Of a stretch of 64,000 nucleotides of DNA, positions 52,544 through 64,000 are shown piece after piece. Position 1 is the first letter of the stretch. Every line of letters starts with the position of its first letter. The position numbers and the translations under genes were made by a program. The stretch lies in the NCBI GenBank assembly GCA_024137785.1, contig JAHRHZ010000145.1, positions 32,113,336-32,177,335 of the forward strand, written 5' to 3'. Origin of the DNA: Ginglymostoma cirratum. Taxonomy: Eukaryota. Below the pieces are notes generated by a model, which had not been told where the DNA came from, ran no database searches, and saw only the letters and a program-made list of their open reading frames with translations.

Positions 52544-53814
52544 ATAAGTCACAATATGGTACTCATAAAGGCATAAAATAATGTAATTGGGTGATTGTAG
52601 AGTGATGCCTGGCAGCAATTTGGGCTACAGGCCTCAGCGCCAGAAAGAAAATATGGACGGATGTGTGGAAGATAGCTCATGCTTGAAATCTGTGCCAAAG
52701 CAGGAGTGGGTGTGTGTGGAACAATTACTAGGGAGAGCACAGGAGCTGTCATAGGCCTGCATGTCCATAATGCAGTTATGCATCCATCAGGATGACACAA
52801 TCCAGTCTATCAGCATGACAAAATATTTGTCTACTTGAGGGGCCTCTCAAAGTCTGGTGTAGCTGGCCCCGATATAAGAATCTTGAGTCCCTGTTGAAGA
52901 GCAACCTAAGGAAATGTTTGGGATGGAACAAAGAAGATCAGCACAGACAAAGAAAATGGAGTCTGCAGGCTTCTGAGGGGGAATGTGCCCTGTCTGGTGT
53001 TATAGATCAGATATATAGTGACCAGGCTCAAGCTAAGCCCTATGCTGATGATGTACCTATGGAATTAGCCTCATAAAACCTGCTGGAGATGAAGATGCAG
53101 GCAGGGGAACATCCGGTGGAGATGCCGGGCCAATCACAGCCTTGAAGTGTACATCCAGGTTCTGAGTGCCATCATCCCTCCAACATGTGAGCATCTGGGT
53201 ATCTTCATGAGAAAGGTTGGTGACCACCATGGAGGGCTGAGTCCAGTAGCACACTCAACGTCTACCAGATAGGTGTTCACAACTGCATTCTGTCACTCTG
53301 GCCATGGACTGTATTTAGTGGTAGGTAGATTTATGGACGTTGTAGCATGTATCCGCACTGAGGAGCTGCACAGAAAGCTACCTCTGGGAGGTGCTATCTC
53401 AAGGTATCTAATGTGCTCTACCACTTCTCCTCCTGTCTATCAGTGGCCCCATCATGTCTAGCAAGTCACACTGAGAAAGGTATACCTTTACCTGCACAGG
53501 ACAGCCTCATTAGGCTGAAACCTTCACAGACCATCAGAAGCAGTGAACGTCATCTCAGGCCATAGACACAGCACTCAGCAGGATCCCTGCACGTCAGCTA
53601 CAAATAACAGGCTTGCACCAAAATAAAGTTTTAGGAGATGTAAAATTAAAACATTGTAATGGCACAGAGGTGGCATGGGAGCCTGCACACAAGAGATCAG
53701 ATAAATATGTAAAAGCCATTGTTTAAATATATGTATTGAAGGGCCTTACCCATGTTGTGTCTGCTGCTTTAGCTGTGTTGGCGTCAGCCAACATTGATAA
53801 CAGCCAACATTTAT

Positions 53815-54125
53815 ATGAGTGGTATGAGATTATGTGGTGCTATGTGTAGCATCCCTACCTCTGAACCAGTACCTCCAGGTTCAAGGCCCACCCTGAGACT
53901 TTTTGGGCACAGGAAGTGTTTTCAGGACATGACCAAACCAGTTACAAATCTTTTTGATATGTCTATGGCAGGTGCTAAGGGCAAGAGAAACTCTTGGTCA
54001 TGCAATGTAGTCGTTGCAATGCACCAGTCTCCCCATGCTAAAACATGTCACAAAGTGTACTCCAAGTGTCTTCCTTACTTGGGGGACCATGAGGAAGGGA
54101 GATATAGATGCTGTTAGCTAGATCA
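53815..54125 (+). mobile_element. Probable tRNA-derived SINE
   Basis: gtggtgctatgtgtagcatccctacctctgaaccag...ccaggttcaaggcccacc (A/B-box-like head). Confidence 0.45.
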
Positions 54126-54989
54126 GTCACAACTTGCTGAGATAATAATCAAAACTTCAACATAAAAATAATCTAAAGATGGGTTTTGAAGATTTCAAGT
54201 GATGGGTCTGTGCCTATTTCCTTTGCCAATTTGTTCTATTGTGGGATCAGCTTTGAGAAGGAAGATTGTTGATCCACTGTTAGAAAACAGAGTTGTGTGA
54301 ATGGCTACCTCATGTTTTATCGTTCCTGGAGGTCACCGGGTATTTGTTTCTGTCAGTTCCCAAAATCCACTCTATGTTTTGTTCAATCATTTTATTTCCC
54401 ATCTTTGTCGAGTGGTCATAACTTCGTGAATTGTACCAATTAACGGTGTATTTAAATGTGTTGCATTTCATGCATGATTGATGATGGGTGATTTGGGCCT
54501 TTGGAAATACTGTTTATAGTGTGGTATCAAATGTAGTAACATCTAAATATCTTGATATGTGCAAGTTATTATTTTAGAGAACTTAAGTTGGTCCTTGGGA
54601 ATGTCGTTGGCAAGCCATCAGAGCGTGCACACCCAATTATCCATCAGAAGTTGATTTCTAAAGCGTGTCTGTACCTAAGGCACTCCATATATTTAAATGC
54701 ATGAAGTTTTCAACAATGTGTTGTCAGTATTTGGAGCATGTGTCAATAAGTCTTGTGTGACTTCTCTTCAAATCACAAGTGAATGTAACTTCCACAAAAA
54801 CATGCATGTGGGCTTGCTCATGTAAAGTGTCTGCAATATTTTTCATCCTAGGTGCAAGAAAAGAACTGATCTTCTGTCGTATCCACCATGACATTTATTG
54901 AGGGGGCGATCAAGAGATCTTGCAGGAGCCTCATTCTGGTTGTGACCTGGATGCAAGGAGGGTATTGGAGGACTGTGTAATGCACCATC

Positions 54990-56010
54990 TCATCAACCTG
55001 GTGTCTTTAACTGTAACTGTACCATCCGTTCCCAAATGAACATTTTTTTTGTTCGCCTCCTCCTCAGCTGAGAGGCCCCCAGACCATCCATCTCCCCCAT
55101 TGCAAATTCATCACCCTTTCTCTGCAGGAAGTTGTGTAAGGTCCAACAGAGCACAATGATCCTGCAGTCTCTCTCTACAGCATACTGCAGCACTCCATCT
55201 GAGTGGTCTGGGCAGTAGAAACACGTCTTCAACAGTCCAATGTTCTGTTCTATTGTTGCCCTTGTTGAGATATGCAATACATTACACCTCTCCTCTGCTG
55301 GGATTTATGGGCTGCGTTCAGAAGTCATGAGCCAGGACTTCTGTGGGTATCCCCTATCAGCCAGGAGTCACCCCTGAAGCTGCTGATGGAGATAGAACAC
55401 TGGCGGTACCTGAGAGCAAGTGAAAATGTATTAATCTTGACACATGATTCATTTGTAATAATCACACACCAGCTGGAAAGCAAAAGGCCTTTTGGTTTAT
55501 GAAGGCTTCCTGGCTGCTCCCAGGAATGTCAACACCCATTATGTGTAATCAATAACTCCTTGTGCATGTGGAAATCTAGTTCTGGCAGCAAAACCTGGCT
55601 CTCAGGGCCTGTGCTGAAATATACAAACTCATTGGGTCTTGTGAACTGGTCATTGGTGACCTCCCTAATGCATTTGTGAGTGGCACCATACGAGCTTCCA
55701 CATGTGCCTCTTACAGAGCCCTAGAAAGACTTGCTGGTATAGAATTTCACAGTAACTTTTAAAGCATTGGATTGTCTCCCATTTCATAAGTAAATAGGCC
55801 TCCCTAAGGAAGCTGGTGAGTGCCAGAGGCCCATGGCATTTTCAACCATCTCTGAATTATCTCTCTGACATTTACAGCTAGTTATAATGACTGTGATGTA
55901 TTCAAGTAAACAGCAATGCTCAATGTCACATGGGTCCCTGAGTGCCAGATTCTGAGCTGCCTGACCATGTGCCAACACTCTTTATTGGGGTTTTGGCCAT
56001 TGCCGTGCCT
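54990..56010 (-). mobile_element. Harbinger (HARBI1-type DDE) transposase pseudogene
   Basis: Minus peptides QLVCD, SQVPPVF, LLADRGYPQKSWLMTS and HISTRATIEQNIGLLKTCFYCPDHSDGVLQYAVERDCRIIVLCWTLHN match the HARBI1 motifs GD.GYP..WLMTP and TR..IE...G.LK.RFRCLD...LQY...IV.CC.LHN. Confidence 0.88.
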
Positions 56011-58689
56011 GTCTCTTTGCCATCCTCCATCAATTCCCTCTACATCTGCTTTGGCAGAACCATTCAGCACACTTGTCCTATCTTGTCTGAGGTGAACTAT
56101 TAACAAACATTAAAAATCTGATTCACACAGTATTTGAGCCCATTCCCCTTCCTTCCCCTCTACTTCACACTTTTGACTAATTGGGTGGCCCATACTTAGC
56201 ATCAGTCACACCCTGTTCTCCATTACTTCACCATGGACAATTCCATCCTCAAGCTTGAGTCCACATAACAATTCTTGTTTTCTAAACCATGTCCATGGAT
56301 ACTGTATGAACCTGGAACTGGAAGCCATCTCTCTGACCTCTCTATCAATTACCTTTGACCCTTCCTCAATCTCCCTTAGCACTCATTGACCTTTACCCTG
56401 CCTTTTGTCAACCCTGTTGACTGACCACTATTCATCCCAGAACCCCTTCATCACTAACTTGCCAGCTCCCTGACACACTGGAACTGAACTCATTGACCTA
56501 TCATCCATCATCCTCAGCCCTCCCTTTATCATCTTGCACTTGTCTCTGTTTCTCTTATCTTCTCAGGACATCATCATTCACTCTCCCTGAATAACTCTTG
56601 ATCTCCACACAATCATGTCTGATCCGACATCTTTTGATATTGGACTTCTCCGTTTATTCCGGCTTCCTACCTCTATGGCTCTTCAGACATTGTAGGGCTG
56701 CCACCTCCCTCAGTCAGACTCATTCCATTTTCACTGCCATGTCCCTCTATCCCCCTCTGTTAGCCATACCACCACCTGATCTCAAACATCAATGCTTCCT
56801 CTCCAGTGATGAAACAATTCTCACTATACAAGAAAAAGCAATTCTCACTCAGTCCAATTCTATTGGGAAGACCACACAGCCTGCTCCAATCCATGTTTAA
56901 GCAGTGGTGAATTTGAAAGCATGTGGTTCTCATTTTCTGATTTCTTAATTCAAAAGGTAGACTCAATTCTTATAAACTTATTTTTTTTAATTGAATAAGC
57001 GTGCATGACATGCAAATGTATTAAAAGAGTTTCTTGACACTTGCCATGAGGAGGCCTGATCCTCCCTCCCGTCTGCTGCCAGATTTATACCCATCATTGG
57101 AAAGCTGATGTTTTGCCTCCTGCTTAGTTCGGTGCCCCTGCTCACCTCATTTCCCTCTTCTGAGAGTTTCACATGATTCCATCGAACAGACAAAAGGAGC
57201 AAATAAGCCAAAATTACTGGGTCTGGGAAGCAGGAAATATTTCGGTTTTTTTTAATTTCTTCTTTGTTGAAAGTTACACTGTTTGTGCAAGGAACAATTA
57301 AAAGCAGGCATTAATGTAATCACGATCAATGATCTGTAACAACACCAAGTAATTTGACTCTTAAACTGAAAGCTGTTTAATAACCAACTATGTAAAAACG
57401 TATTCTTTATCAAGTGTGCTTTAATCTATGCTTTAGGTTAATGCTGCTACTAACACAGTTAGATACTTCTCTGTCTTATTTCAGGGCAGTGGGTGCCTAC
57501 ACATATGTTCTATTAGGTTGTTGGCTCCTTATTCTTAAGTGAGGCTCTTCTACTCTTGATGTGGCTGAAACACGCTTTTATTTATATCTGTGCAAAACAG
57601 GGTGAAGAATACAGACCTCTAGAGTAATACCTAAGACCTCTCTGTTTCCATAATTCTTCTATTTGATGTCTTCTTTCAAATTCTCTTACTGATGTCTGAG
57701 ACACATCATCAGTTACACCATCATCATTTGCTTGTTCCATTGTATTACATAGTGCGTAATAAATATGCCAAAGACAAACATGGGCTGAGATTTTCCTCAG
57801 AATTGGCCCTGCTCTATCATTTTAATTTTACAAAAAGTGTGAGGGAAATCTCTTTTACACAGAGTTGGAAGTTTCCATTACATGCCCACTAAAGTGGTAG
57901 TGGCTAGTTGGGAGGAAATCTGAAGGAGGTTTGAGATGTGTTTCCATTTGAGTAGGTTCTGGAATATATTGAAGTAATGTTTCAGTTTGGATCGTTTTAC
58001 TGCCTTCCCAATTCTCAAACAGAGCAAGATACAAAATAGGCAACTAATTGGCAAAGTGCATTTCTTACCAAGGGCCAAAATGAAGATCATCCCCATTGTC
58101 CCTGTTCATTCTTATTTGTAGTTTCTCGAATATATCGGCATCACCTTTAACATCCCACTAACACAGACGAATTAGATAGTTAAGTTAATTCAGAGTCTCT
58201 GCTGAGAGTGGAAATGTCTACGTGATTCCAGGATATTGGCAAACAGAAACGCATTAGTGCAGAGAATTGAACAGAAATTATACAACACAAAAGGCCATTC
58301 AGTCCAAGCAGTCTGCATTGGTGTTTATCCTCCACGTAAACACATAGCTTAGTTTACAATTTACATTGCAATCTAATGTAACCATTCTGTTCCTATTAGT
58401 GCTTGTGACAAATCTCAATGAGGACTATCAACATTATGCCAACTATTTAAAAAGTAACATTTATGCTATTTTTGAATAGTGAAATTAAACTAACAGCATG
58501 AAGTATACTTAACGTGAAATTATCTCAAATTCTTCAACAAATTGCACCTAAATAGTAGTGTGGTATACACAGTAACTGCTATTCATGTTAAGCATTGTCC
58601 TGATCAACTTGACTTTTGATCCAATACCTTGGTAATACCAGTAGACAATCACAGGTCTTATTGGGGGCCAAATTAGATAGCAAATTGGC

Positions 58690-59665
58690 TGGTGCTCTCA
58701 CCATGCTAAGTAGGATAGATTCATAAAAGATCCAGCAGCTCAAAGCTAGGCATACGTAAAGTGCCATGGTTCAATGAGGAATGTAGAACAGCATTGTAAT
58801 AAAGCTCTAGGTGAGGTATAATGAGATTCATGTAAATCATGATAATAACTGATCACATGATTTCAACAGCAGCATCGGAGAGGATGCCAGTCTAAAATAA
58901 GCAAGTGAAGAGAGTGAGTTTAGATACTGCACCAGACAGCAATATTTAAGCACCTACAAACGTAAATAAAGGTGTGTTACTGCACAAAAAGAGTTGAAGA
59001 ATCTTCCTTACTGATAAGAATCTATCAGCTTCAGGTACACTGTATGTGTGGGTACACTGCAGAACGTTCAGAAATTGTATGCAGACATTTGTTTAAAGCA
59101 CAAATGCAAACCTAAAAATAAGGTGTCAAGCTGATGAAGCTACAACACAGCGCTACATGCATGCTAATCACTGGAAGCGGCAGCCAGAGCTAAGCAATCC
59201 CAAAATTAATGGATTAAATTAAGACTCTGCAGTCTTATCACATGCAGTTGTAAATGGCAGTGAACCATTAAACAACAACAAGGAGAAAGCGACTCCACAA
59301 GTATTCCATTGTCAATGATGAGGGACCAGCACATCACTGTAAAAGCATTTACAACTACCTTCAGTCAGAAGTGCATAATGGAGCATTCATCTTCTTCTCT
59401 TGAAACCCCAGCATCATTGTTGTCATTCTCTAAATAATTTAATTCACTTGATGTGATATCAAGAAATGTCTGAAGGCAAAGGTTATTGGCCCTGACAACA
59501 TTTTGACTGAAATATTGAAGAAATCCAGAACTAGTCACAACTTGGCCAAGCTGTTATAATACAGCTACATCTCTGGCATCCATCCAATAATGTAGAAAAT
59601 TAGCCAGATAATTCCCATTCAAAAAGGACAGGACAAATTCAATCCAGCTAACAAATGCATCTACC
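58690..59665 (+). mobile_element. Second LINE family (CR1/L2 group), ORF2 middle fragment
   Basis: ccatggttcaatgaggaatgtaga (PWFNEECR), accttcagtcagaagtgc, ggccctgacaacatt (GPDNI), ggacaaattcaatccagctaac. Confidence 0.8.
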
Positions 59666-60118
59666 TGGTGACTCATTCCATTTTTGGCAAGGCTGACACG
59701 TATAACCGCTTTACTATGTTAAAAGACTGTAATACACAGAGGGCTCATGGTTTTGCTGCAGTATTTAGATTTTCACAGATACATGGGACATTAACATGGC
59801 AGTCAAATCATCTCAGCTCAATTGGCAATCATTATCAATTGAAAAGGATTGCATGCCCTCAATGTTCAGCTGTTATGTCACCACCAGAAGACCGACGTGC
59901 GTATCATGCAAGGCAACCAAAAAGCTGACAATCATGTTTCAATTATTCCGCACTGGTCATGTCTCTCAGAGCTATGTGAACTTTCAGACACAAACAGCAA
60001 TAGTGCCTTGAGAAAATGGTTTCTCTCTAAGATGGGTGATGACACCTGTGGAGGACCCAACAGCTCCTGCAAAGACAAGGTACAACGGAAGCCACATAAA
60101 GACAAAAGTGGTTATCCC
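59666..60118 (+). mobile_element. Second HARBI1-type Harbinger transposase pseudogene fragment
   Basis: VTHSIFGKADTY.RF...QRAHGFAAVFRFSQIHGT, KGLHALNVQLLCHHQK, RWVMTPVEDPTAPAKTRYNGSHIKTKVVI. Confidence 0.85.
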
Positions 60119-60616
60119 TCTCACCTGCTATCCTACCCCCTCACTCACTTACCTTACACACTAATTTCTCTCCATATTCTTTCACAGAGGTTTTGGACTT
60201 TTAAACTGTGTTTACTTAATGTCATGCAGCAGCTAGTGCTGCAAAGACCTTTGTACGTGGCGACTTCTGTAATTCTCCATTGGAAGACTAGCCTGAAAAG
60301 TTCCAGGTTAGGAAGTGTGCAACTCTGTGTTGGATCTGGGTTGGAATTCTTACTCCCAACCCAAGTAAGAAGATTTGGGGCAGGATGTTTTGAGAAGTTG
60401 TAATGACAACTTTGTGGAGGCAGGCTATATGCAATGGTGCGAGATGGCAATAGGGTGGGGGTTGGTGTAAGTGATGATGTTCACTTGGAGATGGAGAGGA
60501 GGTGCCTTGACAGAGGGAGAATCCAATGAAGCTGCAACCTAATTTCTGAAGAGTAGGAATATATTGGACTGAGTCAGAGTGAAAGGATTAGCACTTAAAA
60601 GTGACATACCATTCAC

Positions 60617-60790
60617 CTTTCTTGTCCTGAACAGGTCACTGAACTCCTTCCAATGTAGTAACCATGAATAGAGGACCCCGCTATTGCTAGTCACCCCCTA
60701 CATTTCTCTTCCAGCCTTTACAATTCTCAACATTGCCTCCTGGACAGCCTCTGAGGCCTAGAAAATGAAATCCCAGACTGTTACTCCACC
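60617..60790 (-). mobile_element. Harbinger Myb/SANT-like exon convergent with the transposase at 59666
   Basis: Minus ...SNSGVLYSWLLHWKEFSDLFRTRK|GTGAAT (W..C.K.F.DL motif). Confidence 0.6.
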
Positions 60791-61508
60791 GAAAGAGTTG
60801 TGATGTCTGTCATACACTTGCATAAGACATAAGGCATAGGAGCAGAATTAGGCCATTTGGCCTACCATGTCTGGTCTACCATTCGATCACAGCTGATATG
60901 TTTCTCAACCCCGTTCTCCCAATGAGGAGATAATAAGAACTGCCGATGCTGGAGTCTGAGACCTTGATCCTCTTACTAATCTATCTATGAGTTAAAGACT
61001 CAATGACTTTGGCCTCACAGCCTTCTGTGGCAATGATTTACACAGTTTCACCACCTACTGGCTGTAGAAATTCCTCCTCATTTCAGTTCCAAAGGATCGT
61101 CTCTTACTCTGAGGCCATGCTCTTGGGTCCTCGTCCCTCCTACTACTGGAGATATCTTCTCCGCATCTACTCTATCTCAATATTCTGTAGATTCCAATCA
61201 GATCCCTCCTAATCCTCCTAAGTTCCATCAAGCACAGACCCAGACTGCTCAACCACTCCTCAAATGCCTTTCATCCCCAACATCATTCTTGTAAACCTCC
61301 TCTGAGCCCCCTGAAATGCCACATATCCATAGATACAGGACCTAAAATTGCTTATAATATTTCAAATGCCATCTGACTGAAGTGTTATATAGCTTCAGCA
61401 GTACATCTCCACACTAGTATTCTAGTCTCCTTGAAATGAATGCTAACATTTCATTTGTCTTCTTAACTGCCAACTGTACCTGCACCCTAACCTTAATAAT
61501 TGACTTTA

Positions 61509-61630
61509 CCTGACAAAGCAGCAGAGCTCCGAAAGCTTGTGATTTCAAATAAATCTGTTGGGCTATCACTTGGTGTCGTGCGACTTCTGGCTTTGTCCAC
61601 CCCAGTCCAACACCAGCACCTCCACATCAT
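61509..61630 (+). mobile_element. Penelope pLTR-like repeat with a degenerate hammerhead-like core
   Basis: cctgacaaagcagcagagctccgaaagcttgtgatttcaaataaatctgttgggctatcacttggtgtcgtgcgacttctg. Confidence 0.75.
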
Positions 61631-61769
61631 GAGGTCAGGGTAACTGACCTAAAATTTCCTGTCCTCTGCCTCCCTCCCTTATTAAACAGCAGTGTTACGT
61701 TAGCCATTTTCGAGCCCTCTGAAACTGTCCCTGACTTCATAGATTCCTGAAAGATCCCCACCGATGCCT

Positions 61770-62208
61770 CAACAACGCCCTGTAGCTCCCATGCTCCACT
61801 TGCTGTGGTTTCTAATCACGGGACCAGTTGTGGTGCCTGTTTGGGGTCCAGTTGGGCTTCAGCTCGTGGGCTGTTTTGCATGGTTGCATCGTTGGTCCCA
61901 TGTACCGGCAATCTTTCAGCATCTCATTCGGGGTTGGACTGGGATCACATGCCTCTGCTAATCGTCTTAGCCCATCAGATCCTGATATAGATTCCCCTGG
62001 TTCTTGAACCACCGAGTGAAGCTGATGGCGTCTCAGCATTGGAGGAGGTTTGTGGTCGTAATATTCCTTGACTGGATCCGTCAATTCTTAGAAGGTTTTA
62101 ATGTCTGGTGCCTCGGGGAGTGTTAGGCTCCTAATAACCGAGGGTGCTGTGGGTCCACAGGCTGTCAGGAGAATTCCTTATAGCTTTTCATCTGCCCCAA
62201 TGTCTGGT
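61770..62208 (-). mobile_element. Ty3/Gypsy gag fragment
   Basis: DIGADEKL*GILLTACGPTAPSVIRSLTLPEAPDIKTF*ELTDPVKEYYDHKPPPMLRRHQLHSVVQEPGESIS...LRRLAEACD...NEMLKD. Confidence 0.85.
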
Positions 62209-62211
62209 AAG

Positions 62212-62572
62212 CAACAAAATGACCCGACCAGATGTCCTTGGTTTCAATACACGCAGACAAGAAAAACCACACTTTCAACTGATACAACACTACTATCATT
62301 GGACAAGCCAAACAGCAGACAGCCAGGGAATTCTTGGAGGCTTGGCATTCATCCGTGGACTCCATTCACAAATACATTGAATTAAACCTAATATACTGAC
62401 CTTTATAATGCACAGCTGGAACCGGCACCTACCAGAAGAAGCAAAAACCAGACTATATAAATTCAAGTCAGCAAAAGACCATAGCCCTTCACAGGAGGCT
62501 CCACAGCACTGAGGATGTCACCTAGTAAGGGGACAAACCTCCTAGCTCAGTGAACACACCAACATCTACAAT
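62212..62572 (+). mobile_element. Penelope element 3' end (GIY-YIG endonuclease C-terminus plus pLTR)
   Basis: SLVSIHADKKNHTFN*YNTTIIGQAKQQTAREFLEAWHSSVDSIHKYIELNLIY, then cactgaggatgtcacctagtaaggggacaaac (hammerhead-like). Confidence 0.85.
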
Positions 62573-63844
62573 CTATCATATAATGGTCACTGCCCCCTAA
62601 GGATTCCTTTAGCTTAAGCTCCCTGATCAAGTCTACCTCATTACACGTCACCAAATCTAGAATTGCCTGTTTCCTACCACAAAGTTCTCTAAAAGACCAT
62701 CTCTCGGATATTCCATGAATTTCTTTTCTTGAGATCAGCTACCAATATAGCTTTCCCAGTCCACCTTCCTAATGAAGTCCTCCATGGTTATTGCAACAGC
62801 AACTTCCTTACATGCTTTTTCTATCTTCTAATTACATTTTTTCCACATATCCTGACTACTGCCAGGAAGCCTGTACAACTTCCACCATGGTCTTTTTTCC
62901 TTTGAGGTTCCTCAACTCGACCCATACAGATTCTACCTTCCAGCTCTACATCACTTCTTGCTACCAACTTAATTTCATTTCTAACAAAGCAAAGCTGCCC
63001 GTCTGCCCATCTGGCTGTTCTTTTGACAGGATGTATATCCAAAATGAATCTATTCTCAACCCTGCCAAGATCATTTTACACTGTCACACTTGAAACGTCG
63101 AATTGATGGGGCAACGTGGATTTGGGATGTCAGTTCCATGGTTGAATTTAAAAACCATGAGCATGCCAACTCCAGTGTCTTTCAGCTGCCCAATTACTTT
63201 CTGGTGTCTTCCATTTAAGTGGGCCCAAAGATTAAAACTTTTCACTAATTATCCAAAATTTACCATCTGCATGGCCATGTGCAGTTTAGACTATATAAAT
63301 TATTCCTGCAATAGTACTGACATACGACCTCACGAGTTACTTATCTCTTTCACTCTATTTCTAAGTCTCTACTGAGTAGACCTAACTGTGTTAGTTGGTT
63401 CCAGTAATCCTAACAATTGCATTCTTTGTCCTACCTCTACTGACCTGGTTTTAAGTAATGCTCAAAAACACTCACATTGTGGTCTGGGTAATAAATGCTC
63501 AATTATTGCTAGTGACAAAGAAACATAAATCACATGTTAGGAAAGCTGACTGAGATTATTCACCAGCCATAAGTGTAATAATACTTCTTCATTTAAACTT
63601 AAGTAATTAATAACTTGAATAAATTGAATTTCTATGCCACCTTTCATAGCCACTGACACGTTGTACCCATTTGCACGCAACGAACTGCCACAATAATTGT
63701 TGTTTATGAGTGTGAAAGGGTTAAGAATGATGATTGCAATAAGTACCATCCATTCTAACAATTCCTTTTTTGTAATGTTTGGCGAAGAAGCTGTCTGGGT
63801 GAGTGGGGGTGGATACCCTCTGCTCTTTGTATAATTTACATTTA

Positions 63845-63970
63845 GATGAGAAGGCAGACAGAGCCCAGTTTAACATTTTGTCTCTTTTGATGTAGTATTC
63901 CCTCAGTACTGCACTGAAGTGTCAGCTCGGTTTTTTGTGCTCACATTATGGAATGGGACAACTATAACAT
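63845..63970 (-). mobile_element. DeuSINE fragment
   Basis: cagtttaacattt...gtattccctcagtactgcactgaagtgtcagc...gtgctcacattatggaatgggac. Confidence 0.7.
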
Positions 63971-64000
63971 TCGGCTTTCCTTTACCTTTTGCTGTTGTTC

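Larger units (their letters stand above)
60821..63060 (-). mobile_element. CR1 LINE (3' end at left), internally deleted, hosting Penelope and Gypsy insertions
   Basis: Tail cataagacataaggcataggagcagaattaggcc; RT-antisense segments to ~61765; endonuclease-antisense segments 62575-63060 (aatgaagtcctccat = MEDFI, GDFN-like). Confidence 0.85.

Noticed and set aside
59849-60403. 184-aa ORF as an intact HARBI1 gene
   Set aside because: Only the first ~15 residues are in the transposase frame; multiple frameshifts.

Overview
Vertebrate genomic DNA, very probably from a shark or other elasmobranch, judged from HE1/V-SINE, DeuSINE, shark-type CR1, Penelope and Harbinger repeats. The only host coding sequence I can support is the first coding exon of a ZNF804A-type gene on the minus strand (48667-48557, [37 protein letters not shown], followed by a GT donor). 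Its candidate promoter and uORF-containing 5' leader lie at about 48.7-49.4 kb. Bases 1-48556 would therefore be part of a very long intron 1 (I found no exon 2), and about 49.4-64 kb is upstream DNA. The rest is a mosaic of decayed transposable elements: several CR1 and CR1/L2-group LINEs, five HE1 V-SINEs, DeuSINE and other tRNA-SINE remnants, two Gypsy remnants, many Harbinger remnants (HARBI1-type transposase and Myb/SANT exons), and Penelope-derived repeats carrying minimal hammerhead-ribozyme-like cores, one of them an 85-bp near-perfect hairpin with a target-site duplication. Almost all ORFs in the supplied track are TE fragments or chance ORFs. Family assignments come from recalled consensus motifs, not database searches, and TE boundaries are approximate.
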